Positions 41,851 through 52,300 of a stretch of DNA of 64,000 nucleotides are shown here, piece by piece. A model generated the notes under the pieces. It made no database searches. It was given only the letters and a program-made list of their open reading frames with translations, and was not told the DNA's origin. The number at the start of each line of letters is the position of its first letter. Position 1 is the first letter of the stretch. The translations under genes and the position numbers were made by a program. Source of the stretch: a virus; IMG/VR virus record IMGVR_UViG_3300045988_011313, positions 32,001 through 96,000 of that record; one strand, given 5' to 3'.

Positions 41851-42100
41851 ATGGAACAGAGAGTTGATAATGTTAATCACCCTCCACATTATACATAGCT
41901 TAAAGATAAATGTGGGATTGAGGTGATTGATATAGTAAGACACATGGATTTTTTGCTTAGGTAATGCCATTAAGTATATACTTAGGGCAGGGCATAAGCA
42001 GGATGCAAGCCTTACAGATAATCAGAAGGAAATTGAGGATTTGAAGAAGGCTATGTGGTACATCAAAGACAGGATAAAACAATTAGGTGGTGAAGTATGA
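41851..42100 (+). pseudogene. DUF3310-family gene disrupted by an in-frame TAG and a frameshift at a T6 run
   Basis: It reads MEQRVDNVNHPPHYT-TAG(41896)-LKDKCGIEVIDIVRHMDF. After the T6 run at 41949-41954 the next frame continues (C)LGNAIKYILRAGHKQ...EDLKKAMWYIKDRIKQLGGEV*. Together these match the DUF3310 pattern NHP.HY..GIE.ID...GN.IKY..R...K...DL.KA.WY. Confidence 0.6.
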
Positions 42101-42240
42101 CATTTATAATTCATTTCAAAGATGGACATAGAAAAACCTATAGTAATAGGTATGATGAGGATGATGAGCATGAGAGAGATGCAGCATGGGATGATGTCTA
42201 TGCTGCATTTCCTAATGCTGATTATATTGAGCCTTTCTAA
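42097..42240 (+). CDS. Small acidic hypothetical protein (47 aa)
   Basis: My own translation (MTFIIHFKDGHRKTYSNRYDEDDEHERD...). ATGA overlap with the preceding stop. Confidence 0.4.
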   Translation: MTFIIHFKDGHRKTYSNRYDEDDEHERDAAWDDVYAAFPNADYIEPF

Positions 42241-42263
42241 GTCCATCATAGGAGGGTAGAAAG

Positions 42264-42446
42264 ATGAGTGGAATTAAAGTTAGTGTTAAAACAAAGGCTA
42301 AAGAGACTCTGAAACTATCTAACCATCTAAGGTCATATCTTTTTGAACAGGAGTATGGTGAATTGAGTAACTGTACCCCTGCTCAAAAGAAGACTCTTAG
42401 AGATGCTTTGTTAGTTTTGAACTCTGTAGTCAGCAAGAGTAAATAA
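42264..42446 (+). CDS. Hypothetical protein (60 aa)
   Basis: ORF track. Confidence 0.55.
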   Translation: MSGIKVSVKTKAKETLKLSNHLRSYLFEQEYGELSNCTPAQKKTLRDALLVLNSVVSKSK

Positions 42447-42447
42447 T

Positions 42448-42738
42448 ATGACAGAGAAGCAACTAAGATGGCAGAAAAGAAATAGAATACTTTTTAGGTT
42501 AAAAGGTATGACTGGCTTTTCTCTTGAAGAAGAAGGAGTACTTACACCTCTTGAAAGAAATGAGCTGAGTACTGCCCTTAGCATCATTAGAAAAATAATC
42601 CGAGATTCAACAGAGTCAAGTATTGAATTAGGATTTAATGCCAAGAAAAGATGCTTTTGTGGGAAACCTGTTGTGGAAGGTAGTGAGTATTGTGTAGAAC
42701 ATAAAAATTTAGTAAATGATAATAGCAGTGGATTTTGA
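42448..42738 (+). CDS. Hypothetical protein (96 aa)
   Basis: ORF track. Confidence 0.6.
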   Translation: MTEKQLRWQKRNRILFRLKGMTGFSLEEEGVLTPLERNELSTALSIIRKIIRDSTESSIELGFNAKKRCFCGKPVVEGSEYCVEHKNLVNDNSSGF

Positions 42739-43144
42739 TGGAACTTGTGTTGCACATGAGTTTCCTAAAGTAGGCAAAGATATAGGAGCTGCTCCTATCT
42801 TGAAGAAGTTAGTAGAGAAAGGTCATAAGATTATTCTTTACACTATGAGAAGCCATCCTGATAAAAATAATCAGGGTAAAACTCTTAGTGGAGAGATTGT
42901 ATCTAATGATACTTTACAGGATGCTATTGACTGGTTCAAGAAGAATGGAATACCTTTATGGGGAATAAATGAAAACCCTAAACAAAAGGAATGGACATCA
43001 TCTCCTAAGATATATGCTAATATCTATATAGATGATGCAGCCCTTGGAACACCATTAAAATATGATGAAGATGGTACAATATCTAGACCTTATGTAGATT
43101 GGGACAGAATGATAACTTTTTTAAAGATTAAAGGAGTTTTATAA
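42716..43144 (+). CDS. HAD-superfamily phosphatase (142 aa)
   Basis: Motif I IIAVDFDGTCV at the N-terminus, later YTMRS (motif II Ser/Thr) and IYIDDAA (motif IV). Confidence 0.55.
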   Translation: MIIAVDFDGTCVAHEFPKVGKDIGAAPILKKLVEKGHKIILYTMRSHPDKNNQGKTLSGEIVSNDTLQDAIDWFKKNGIPLWGINENPKQKEWTSSPKIYANIYIDDAALGTPLKYDEDGTISRPYVDWDRMITFLKIKGVL

Positions 43145-43145
43145 T

Positions 43146-43604
43146 ATGGCTAAAATAATTTTATGTAGAGGTATTCAAGGTAGTGGTAAAACTACATGGG
43201 CTAAACAATGGGTACTTGAAGACCCAGAACATAGAGTAAGATTTAACAATGATGACATCAGAAATATGTTAGGTAAATATTGGGTTCCCAGCAGAGAGGA
43301 TTTAGTAAAAAGCTTGAGAAGTGCTTTCTTGTTAAATTCTATGTCCTATGGTTTTGATATTGTTATTGACAATATGAATCTCAATCCCAAGGAATTGGAG
43401 TACTATAATAGAGTGCTTGATGGTTGGAATAATCCAAAGTGGGCAATGCCTGATGTAGTAAGACCAAAGTACAGCCTTGAATTTAAGGACTTCTTTATAC
43501 CTCTTCAAGAGTGTATAGATAGAGATTCTAAGAGACCTAATCCAATAGGAGAAGAGGTCATAAGGAAGACTTATGAGAAGTATAAAGACATTCTGAAAGT
43601 ATAG
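43146..43604 (+). CDS. P-loop kinase similar to the T4 polynucleotide kinase N-terminal domain (152 aa)
   Basis: MAKIILCRGIQGSGKTTWAKQW parallels the T4 Pnk MKKIILTIGCPGSGKSTWA (from memory). It sits directly after the HAD phosphatase. Confidence 0.55.
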   Translation: MAKIILCRGIQGSGKTTWAKQWVLEDPEHRVRFNNDDIRNMLGKYWVPSREDLVKSLRSAFLLNSMSYGFDIVIDNMNLNPKELEYYNRVLDGWNNPKWAMPDVVRPKYSLEFKDFFIPLQECIDRDSKRPNPIGEEVIRKTYEKYKDILKV

Positions 43605-43605
43605 T

Positions 43606-43806
43606 ATGAGACAATATACATCAAGAGAGTTCATAAAGATAGTGGAATTTAATGGTTTCTGTTATAACAGATGTAATGGAGACCATGCTATCTATGTGAA
43701 TGATAAGGGAAGGCATATCAGCATACCTAAGAATCTTGAATGTGTAATTGCTCGAAGACTAATTAAAGAGAATGGCTTGGTAACGGATATTAAAAGGAGA
43801 AAATAA
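43606..43806 (+). CDS. hicA: HicA-family mRNA interferase toxin-like protein (66 aa)
   Basis: REFIKIVEFNGFCYNRCNGDHAIYVNDKGRHISIPKN..VIARRLIKENGL fits the HicA pattern (L...GF...R..GSH..Y......R...IP.H.....GTL..I.K..GL). Confidence 0.6.
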   Translation: MRQYTSREFIKIVEFNGFCYNRCNGDHAIYVNDKGRHISIPKNLECVIARRLIKENGLVTDIKRRK

Positions 43807-43807
43807 A

Positions 43808-44152
43808 ATGACTGAAAGTGGATATTATCCCCCAGGGGCAGAACATGACCCTAATGCACCCTGGAATCAGGTTGATAATCCTGAAAGGGAAATTGAGGTC
43901 ACAGTAAGTATCACCCTTAGTAAAACTGTAAAGGTTAAGGTATCTGACTATGAGATTACTGACTCTGGAAAGGATGAGGATGGTGAATATTTTGAGGATA
44001 TAGACTATTCAAACTGTGACCTTAAAGGTGCAGTTGAAGAGCAGATTGTATTACCTCAAAGTGCTCACCCTTATGTTAAGAGCAATCCAAAAGTACATGA
44101 AGATTTAAGTAATTGGTGTGTTGATGACCTTGAAGTAAATTTAGAGGAATAG
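43808..44152 (+). CDS. Acidic hypothetical protein (114 aa), positioned where a HicB antitoxin would be
   Basis: It starts 1 nt after the hicA-like stop. I recognise no HicB motif. Confidence 0.6.
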   Translation: MTESGYYPPGAEHDPNAPWNQVDNPEREIEVTVSITLSKTVKVKVSDYEITDSGKDEDGEYFEDIDYSNCDLKGAVEEQIVLPQSAHPYVKSNPKVHEDLSNWCVDDLEVNLEE

Positions 44153-44226
44153 TTACGGAAAGATTAGTTGTACATTGATGAATGTCGTATTATGTTCTGT
44201 GAGAGTGTAATTATAAATTTGAAATA

Positions 44227-44478
44227 ATGAAAGTATTAAAGATTTATTCAAGAACTTGTGGACCCTGTAAAGTACTGGAGAGTAATCTCCAACTTGCAGG
44301 TATTCCACATGAAAGTATAGATGTCCAATCTATGCAGGGTGAAGATATTGCAGCCAAGTATGAGGTAAGAACAGTACCTACTCTTATCTTAGTAGATGAT
44401 GAGGGAAATGTTGTAAAAAGACATAGTGGTCTGTTAGGTGTTCAAGAGTTAAAAGAGTTCTACAATGAAACTAATTAA
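44227..44478 (+). CDS. Thioredoxin/glutaredoxin-like redoxin (83 aa)
   Basis: Active site CGPC near the N-terminus, and a cis-Pro-type VPTLI segment. Confidence 0.65.
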   Translation: MKVLKIYSRTCGPCKVLESNLQLAGIPHESIDVQSMQGEDIAAKYEVRTVPTLILVDDEGNVVKRHSGLLGVQELKEFYNETN

Positions 44479-45343
44479 GCCGAGTTTTGAGATATGGAAT
44501 CAGCCTGCTGGTCTTGAAGGAGTTTATAAACAGATTGAGAGGGTGGGTAGAGTATGCTATAAGTCCGAGGATAAGATGACAGAAGATTCTGCCAAGCCTT
44601 TTGTAGATAGGATGATTAAGTCTGGTCATGGTGCTATGTTGGAACATGGTACAGTGTATCTGGCTATGCCTATGGAGACTATACTACCTATAAGAGCTAA
44701 TGGTTGGGGTAAATATACTGAGAATCCTTATTCAAAAGGTTTCAAAGTATGTGAGGTTGATGGTCAGAAGAGAGTAGCTGTTACTACTAATCTTAGGGTA
44801 TTGGTAGAGAATGGTTGGCTCAGAGACTTAGAGTATATCTGTGAACCTACAGAGTTCCATGAAAGGAGAGTTACTGTACACTTTGTATGTGATAGAGGTG
44901 TATCCCATGAATTTGTAAGGCATAGAGTAATGTCTTTTGCTCAAGAGAGTACAAGGTATTGTAACTATTCCAAGGATAAGTTTGGTAATGAACTTACCTT
45001 TATTATACCTTGTTGGATAGAAGAAAAGCAGGAAAATATGTCCTTAGAGATTAGAGATATATGTGGGGGTAATTATACAGAACTCTGTTTCAAAGAAAAC
45101 CTTGCAAGAGCAGAAAGAGCATATTTTACTCTTATTAAAGAAGGTTGGAAGCCACAGGAAGCAAGAGCTGTTTTACCTAACTCCTTAAAGACAGAATTGG
45201 TTGTTACTGGATTTACATCTGATTGGAAGCATTTCTTTGGTCTGAGAGCAATAGGTACTACAGGTGCTCCACATCCTCAGGCTAAGGAATTAGCAGAACC
45301 TTTAATGAAAGAATTTATTGTAAGAAAGTATATTAATAACTAA
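44465..45343 (+). CDS. thyX: Flavin-dependent thymidylate synthase ThyX (292 aa)
   Basis: ThyX motif FVRHRVMSFAQESTRY (RHRxxSxxxxSxR). Confidence 0.85.
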   Translation: MKLIKPSFEIWNQPAGLEGVYKQIERVGRVCYKSEDKMTEDSAKPFVDRMIKSGHGAMLEHGTVYLAMPMETILPIRANGWGKYTENPYSKGFKVCEVDGQKRVAVTTNLRVLVENGWLRDLEYICEPTEFHERRVTVHFVCDRGVSHEFVRHRVMSFAQESTRYCNYSKDKFGNELTFIIPCWIEEKQENMSLEIRDICGGNYTELCFKENLARAERAYFTLIKEGWKPQEARAVLPNSLKTELVVTGFTSDWKHFFGLRAIGTTGAPHPQAKELAEPLMKEFIVRKYINN

Positions 45344-45353
45344 AAAAAAAATT

Positions 45354-45593
45354 ATGGCTTTTGGTACGAAGAAATCAGTTGTAGCTACACCTTCTTTCAG
45401 TGAAAGAATGGCAAGCATTAAGTCTATGTTTAAGGCTGCACATGAGGATGCAAGTAATCTTCATGCAGAAATGGAGTCAGAGATTGCAAAGAAGGAATCT
45501 CAAATTGCTGCATTGCAGGAAGACATCAAAACTATTGATGTTACTAAGCAGGAGGCTGAAACATTTATGTCTAATATAGAAAAGCTTATTTGA
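45354..45593 (+). CDS. Coiled-coil hypothetical protein (79 aa)
   Basis: ORF track. Confidence 0.6.
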   Translation: MAFGTKKSVVATPSFSERMASIKSMFKAAHEDASNLHAEMESEIAKKESQIAALQEDIKTIDVTKQEAETFMSNIEKLI

Positions 45594-45594
45594 T

Positions 45595-46221
45595 ATGATT
45601 GAGCAAATAAATCAGTTAAAACAAGGTTCCATTATTAGTGAGAGTTCTCACTATATTGTGAACAGAGTGTCAGGTTCTAATGCTTGGCTTACTCATTTTG
45701 AAAGTGGTGAAGAGGTTCAGATTGGTATTAGCTATTTGAAGAACTATACTAATTCTGCTGACTTGTTTGAAACTACAGTAAAGGTAACTAAGGAAGATAA
45801 GAAGGATGGTACTCTCGGTATTAGAAGTATCTGGGAGAACATCCACTCTGGTCAAGCATTTACTGTATGCTTCAAGAAGCAGGATAAGCCTAAGAGTAAG
45901 AAGAAGCTCAATGAGGAGATTGACTATCTTGTAAACCAGTTCTCTAAGGATATTGATAAGGTTAAAGCAAGTAAGAAGGGAGTAGCTGAAAGGGCTAAGC
46001 AACTCATTACTGAACTTATCAAAGAGCCTATCTTACCCTATGAAGAAGGTGAAGACAGAGTTCTTAGAGGCTATAAGATTCAGTTTGAATCAAGAGATGG
46101 TAGATATGATTGTGTAGATATGGATATTGTCAAGACTGATAAAGAGTCAGGCATTAGACCAGTCAATATCAACACTATCAAGTGGCTTGTATTCAATGGT
46201 GTCAAGTACATTGTTGAGTAA
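45595..46221 (+). CDS. Hypothetical protein (208 aa)
   Basis: ORF track. Confidence 0.7.
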   Translation: MIEQINQLKQGSIISESSHYIVNRVSGSNAWLTHFESGEEVQIGISYLKNYTNSADLFETTVKVTKEDKKDGTLGIRSIWENIHSGQAFTVCFKKQDKPKSKKKLNEEIDYLVNQFSKDIDKVKASKKGVAERAKQLITELIKEPILPYEEGEDRVLRGYKIQFESRDGRYDCVDMDIVKTDKESGIRPVNINTIKWLVFNGVKYIVE

Positions 46222-46227
46222 TCTTAT

Positions 46228-46269
46228 AAGGGAGAATAAGTTAAATACTTGTTCTCCCTTTAGCTTTTT
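46228..46269 (+). terminator. Intrinsic terminator
   Basis: Stem AAGGGAGAA/TTCTCCCTT followed by TAGCTTTTT. Confidence 0.5.
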
Positions 46270-46278
46270 AAATAAAAG

Positions 46279-46310
46279 CTTGCATATTACAATTAAATTC
46301 CTTACCTTTG
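46279..46310 (+). promoter_or_regulatory. Bacteroidota sigma-A-type promoter in front of the giant-ORF block
   Basis: CTTG-N20-TACCTTTGCA, 22 nt upstream of the ATG at 46333. The -7 box is the same extended form as the three minus-strand promoters. Confidence 0.5.
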
Positions 46311-46332
46311 CACAAATAATATTTTAAATTAT

Positions 46333-49300
46333 ATGAGTTGTTTAATTATAACACCAGAAATTAGAGAATTAGCTAAGAAGTTTCCTAATGAAACAGAGCA
46401 ATCAGTACTTAACTTGGTTGGACTGTGGCAGGAAAAGAATAATAAGTCTATTGAGGATATTCCATTAGGTAGTGAACTCAATGACTTTATCAAGGAGCTG
46501 AGAAGTAGTGAGGCTACTGAACAGCTTGATGAGGCACTTAGCAGTTCTTTTGATACTCCAAGGGTTACTTCTGTTGAGGAACAACAAAAAGTGGACCTAC
46601 TCTTTGACCCAAAAACAAGAAGAGATAGAGTGACACTTATTGCAAGATTCTTCAGTAATGAAGTTGATGATGCCTTGCAAGAAATGACTGATTCTCTGAA
46701 GGGAAGAATTGATGATGCCAGTGGTGTAGAGAAGGAAGAATTACAGGCTGAGCTTAATAGCTTGGATAGATTCTCTGCTATAAAGAAGTACACCCCTGCT
46801 GGTATATTCAAGAGAGTAGCTAATATCTTCAATTCTTATGTACAAGATACAGAAGAAGGTAGAATACAGCAAGAACTTAATGCAATCAACTCTATGAGAG
46901 GTGCAGACAAGTTCTCTGATGAGCAGAAATTAGAAGCTGCCAAGAAGAAAGCCGCTTATAAGAATCAGGAGTATAAGAAGATAGTTGATGACCCCAGTGT
47001 TTATAAAGCTCTTGCTGAGGAAGCAAGTACTTTACTTGTAATGACTGAGGGTATTAGAATAGACCCCAACTATATTGCACCTGCTGATGTAAACCTCAAT
47101 GATGATGACCCTGATGGTAACAGTGAGGTAGATAATGAAGCAGAGGATTGGAGACAAGAGGAGGCTTATAAGGATGGATGGATGACTAATTTCAGACAGG
47201 TAAGTTCACATGAGTCTCTGTCACAAGCTGTAAGAAAAGTAATCAGACAGGTACCTAAACTTGACTATAGAGGTAAGTATGAAAAGGATGATTTAGGTTT
47301 CACAAGATACCTTGATGCTGACTATGTTCATGCTACTTTCATTGACAAGTTAAGGAACATGATTAACTCTGATGATATGCTTCCTTTGATGCAGGATTTG
47401 CAGAGAATTAAGCCTTGGGTTAAGCAAGTAACTAAGTTACTTCAAGGTAATGAGACTTTATTCTCTCAGTTCTATCAAGACTTCAGAAAGGATTTTATGC
47501 CTTACTGGATTCAAAAGAAGAAGATGATGCCTGATGGTACTTTCAAGATGGAAACTATTGCCATCAATAAGCCTGAAGGTGTGTATTATCTCCTTGATGC
47601 TTGGAGAGATAACTATGAGAATGGAGTACAACTTGATGATGATAGTGTATATGAGAAGAACGGGGAAATAAACAAGGATAATGCAGCTAAAGGTTTACAA
47701 TGGACTGAGACATTAAATAATATGTTCCAGAACCTTGATACAGAATCCAGACTTCAACTCTTGGAGAGAGAAGATGTATGGAATACCATAATGAAGTTAC
47801 TTCATATGTTAGGTATTGATGCCAATCCTTCTGTACTAAAGACTGCATTAACTGATATAAAGACAGTTCCAGGTATCACATTTACTGACCCAATCATGCT
47901 TCTTTTACCACAATTGAATATTATATTCAGTGGTATTAAGAAGGGAGAAATCAAGTCTGAGACTAAGGAGGATGGTGCTGAGAAGAGAGGAGACCTTATC
48001 AATACTTTTGGCTCTGCTTACAATATGATTGCAAGTATGATGGCAGAAGTTACTGAAGATGCTATTGAAAGTAGTGTCAGAGAGAATGACAAGTCTTACT
48101 ACTCTCATGTTACTCCTAACTACTTAGGTAAACTTATTAAGAATCTCAAGAATGCTATGAATGACAAGGAGAGATTTGAACAGTTTATGCAGACCGAGTT
48201 CAAAGACTATGAGTGGTTCTTTAAGGATGGTCATTGGAGAAATGACTGGCTAAGACAGCTTGCAGAGTCTGATGAATTGAGAAGAGGTCTTAACCATAAA
48301 GTAGTACTGAACTCTGATAAGGTAGACTATACTAATTGGGATGATTTGGATTATACTTTGGCTCTTCTTACAGAATACTGGGGAGACCCTGATTCTGCAA
48401 AGTCAAGTATAAAGTATGCTTGGTACCATGTTCCTATTCTTTCAGATAGCCCTTCTGCTGAGTTTATCAGATTCAGAAAGTACACAACAGGTGATGTGCT
48501 TGATGAGGATGGTAAGAAGAGAACCTATGATGATGTTATCCTTGACAAGTTAGTAGACTTGGTTAATCAAGAGTATGACAGAATCATGCTGGTTAGGGAA
48601 AGAGATGAGGCTTATCAGAGAGGAGATAAGGGTGTAGAGCCTATTGCCAATTATGATATTGTCAGAAAGGAAAATGGTAGTATAAAAAGTATGGGAGGTG
48701 CAGAATTTAAGTTCCTTCCTGCACTTAACAACCTCAGATATGACAATGGAGAGACATTCATTGATAGGTTAAGCAGACTCAAATCCAAAGGTACTGGAGC
48801 TGAACTCAGAAACTTTCTAAGAACTACTCTTAATGACATGATGGAAGATGGTTTTGAACAGACCTACAGAGATTGGATGAGGGTAGGACTTTTGGATGAG
48901 CTTCCTAATGGCAAGTACAAGTATCTTCCTTTTGAAGGTCAGTCCAAGCAGAATGCAATAACTGCAAAGGCACTCATTAAGGCTAAGGATGCTTTAGGTT
49001 CATTATGGAATACCAATATGGAACTAATGCTTAGAGCCTACAACAACAATAGTGCTTTTGATAGCAGAGAGGCTAATAGCCTAATGGAGCAAATCAAAGC
49101 ATTACTTACAGATAAGGCAACAAGAGGTGAGATGGAGTTGAAAGATGCTCAGTCAATCTCAAGAAGTCTGTTTGTTAAGAACAATACTAAGGATGCACTT
49201 AGGGAATACTATTGGAACAGTAAGTTAGCTACTTCACAAATTATCCAGCTTACTACTACAGACCTTGCTTTCTATAAGAATCTTGAGGACTTTCAGAAGA

Positions 49301-52300
49301 GATATAAGGAGGTTCATGCTCCTGCTCTTAGATTGAATACTAAGGCTACTTATAAAGGTGAGAGAATTGGTAGGGACTGGGAAAGAACTATCTACTTGAA
49401 GGATGATGAGATAATATCCTCTGTACTTGAAGACATCAAGACTGTACTTGATGAAAGGGTTAGAAGAAATGAAATGACCAAGATAGACAGAGATAATATC
49501 ATCAGCAAGTTTAGAAATGTGAATGTAGCAGATGCTCAGGCATATAGAAGTTTGAGTTCCTATAGGGCAATACTTGGTATGTCAGGTCAGTGGACAGATG
49601 ATATGGAGCAGGCATATAACAACTTCAAGAATGGAGATTGGAATATCAAAGACTTCAATATCATTTGGCAGACTAAGAAGCCTTATGTCTATACACAAGT
49701 CAATAATAACAGTGGCATTGAAGGTCATACTGGAATTAAGACTCCTGTACAGCATAAGAACTCAGAGTTCCTATTACTCGCTATGCATGAACTAATTGCT
49801 GGTCCTTTAGGAGGGTCAAGCAAATTGAAAGCCATAAATAAGTTTATGGAAGATAATCAGATTGATGTAGTTCAGTTTGAATCTACTACTAAGGTTGGAA
49901 AACAAGGTGTGATAGATTTAAATGATGTTAATACAGAGGCTGATGTAATTCAAAGACTTAAGGATGCTACAGGTATTGGATTTGGTAATGAGAATCCTAA
50001 TGTAGTACATAAGGTATCTTATGAAGATTATGGTATTCAGACTGCAACTCCTGAACATGCTATTGATGCTGTTCAATTGGTAGGTACTCAGATTAGAAAA
50101 CTAATTACTGCTGACATCTCTGATGACACAATCATTGAGGTTGATGGTAAGAAGATGACTAAGAAAGAGTGGCTTGACCTATACAATGCTATCAACACTG
50201 AGAACATTCTCCAAGCATTTGCTGATGTAGATGAGATATTCAAAGACCCAAAGAAAGTAGAGGAAATCTTACTTGAAGAGATAAGAGGTAATCAAAGATA
50301 TGGTATGGATATGATGAGGGCTTGTACTCTTGATGAGAACAACAACTTCAATATCCCTCTCTTTGACCCTGTGCAATCTCAAAGAGTACAGACACTCCTT
50401 AATAGTGTAATCAAGAGTAGAATTACTAAACAGAAGATTAGAGGTGGAGCTTTAATTCAGGTATCTGATTATGGCTTGACTGATGAACTTCATGTAGTAT
50501 TTGAAGGTGAAGGTGCTAACAAGAGGATTAAGTATCTTGAATGTTATATGCCTGCATATAGTAGAGAGTTCTATGAGCCTCTCATGGACCCAAATACTCA
50601 CCAGCTTGATGTAACTAAACTTCCTGAGGATTTGAGAAAGTTGATTGGATATAGAGTCCCAACAGAGGATAAATATTCAATGGCTCCTCTGTATATTAAG
50701 GGATTCCTTCCTCAACAGAATGGTTCTGCAATCATGCTTCCTGCTGAGATTACTACTCTATCAGGTTCTGACTTTGATGTGGATAAGATGTACATCATGT
50801 TGCCTGAGTTTAATATTAAGAAACTGTATAATATCAAGGGAGCTTGGGATGATTTCTATCTTAATAACCCAGATATTGTGGATGAGATTGATAGAAACTT
50901 AGGTGAGGCACTTGCACAATTTATTAAAGAGCAGACTGAAGATTGGGATGAGGCAGCAGGCTTGGATGACATAGCTGACCTTACAGAAGAGTTTAATGAA
51001 TGGTTAAAGAAAGAGGGTATTAAAAGATATAAATTCTCTGAAACTGCACAGAAGAAATTCTCTGAGTGGTTTAAAACTAATAAGAAGAATTACTTCATTA
51101 GGGAGAAGATAGAAAAGATAAAGTATGACTTCAACAAGTCTCCACAGGAGAACAGTCTTAAAGCAAGAAATAACTTGCTGATAGATATGATGTATGGAGT
51201 TTTGACTAATGCAGATACAGCTTCAAAGATTCTTAACCCAGGTGGCTTTGATTATCAGAAGAAGTCTGCAAGAATAATGACTATTCTCAATGATTCTTAT
51301 GAGAGTGACTTGGCTCAAGCATTAAAGGATATGGGTATAGAACTTAATAAGACTGTACAGAAAGGTGGAAAGTCTTATCCCAAGTCTATTGCTTCATATC
51401 TATTTGACTTAGACCTTGATACTCTTGATAAGTTGGCAGAGAAAACAAAGGTCAAGATGGACCCATTATCACCAAGAACTCAAGTAATGTTACACCAACA
51501 GAACATGACTGGTGCTAAGTTGATTGGTATTTATGCCAACCATAATGCAAATCATGCTTTGATGCAACATACTCAGTTAGCTTTGGATGAAGAAAATGGC
51601 TCATTTATATTGAATGGAAAGAGACTTACATCTTTACATGATATTATGAATGGTGACAAGGAATTTATCTCAAAGAATAATGCTGGATTCTTGGCTGCTT
51701 CTGTGGATAATGTTAAAGACCCTGTGCTTGCAGCACTTAATCAGAATACTTTCACTGCTGATGCTTCTATGCTTCTCTCAAGATTAGGTTATAATCCTAT
51801 TGAGATAGGTCTGTTAATGATGCAGCCTATTGTACAAGAGATTACTCAGACCTATTTCAGAGAGAGTAGAGAGGGCAAAGGCAAAGATACTATCATAGAT
51901 GAAGTACTGGATAAGTATAAGGAGAAGGCTGCTATTAATAATGACTTGACTTATGATAACTACAAGAATAATAGCTTCTATATTGAAGAGCTTGCAGACA
52001 ATATAATGCTTGCTAAGGAGGCTGTTACTGACAGGACTCAGACCTCTGATTTCAGAAAAATTGAGTTCTACCAGAAACAAGTTGCAGTTGGATATTTGTT
52101 CAAGAGAATTATGAACTCTGCTGATGCTTTAGGACAGTTAGTACAGGCTACAAGGTCTGATACCCAAGGAGGAGCTGCTGGTCCAACTATTGCAGATACT
52201 GAGTTGAAGATGCAGAAAGTGAAAGACCTGTTAGACCAGATAGAGAATAATAGCAAGTTCCCATTGAAGAATGCCAATGTAATACTTGATGGTCTATTAT

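Noticed and set aside
42022-42249. 75-aa minus-strand ORF
   Set aside because: It is antisense to the DUF3310 remnant and the 47-aa plus-strand ORF, and it has no motif.
44211-44218. TAAATTTG, a possible -7 promoter box upstream of the thioredoxin gene
   Set aside because: It has no convincing -33 element at the right spacing, and it would leave almost no leader. I judged it too weak to call.
46329-46832. 167-aa minus-strand ORF
   Set aside because: It is a shadow ORF opposite the N-terminus of the 2449-aa protein and has a Ser/Leu-rich composition.
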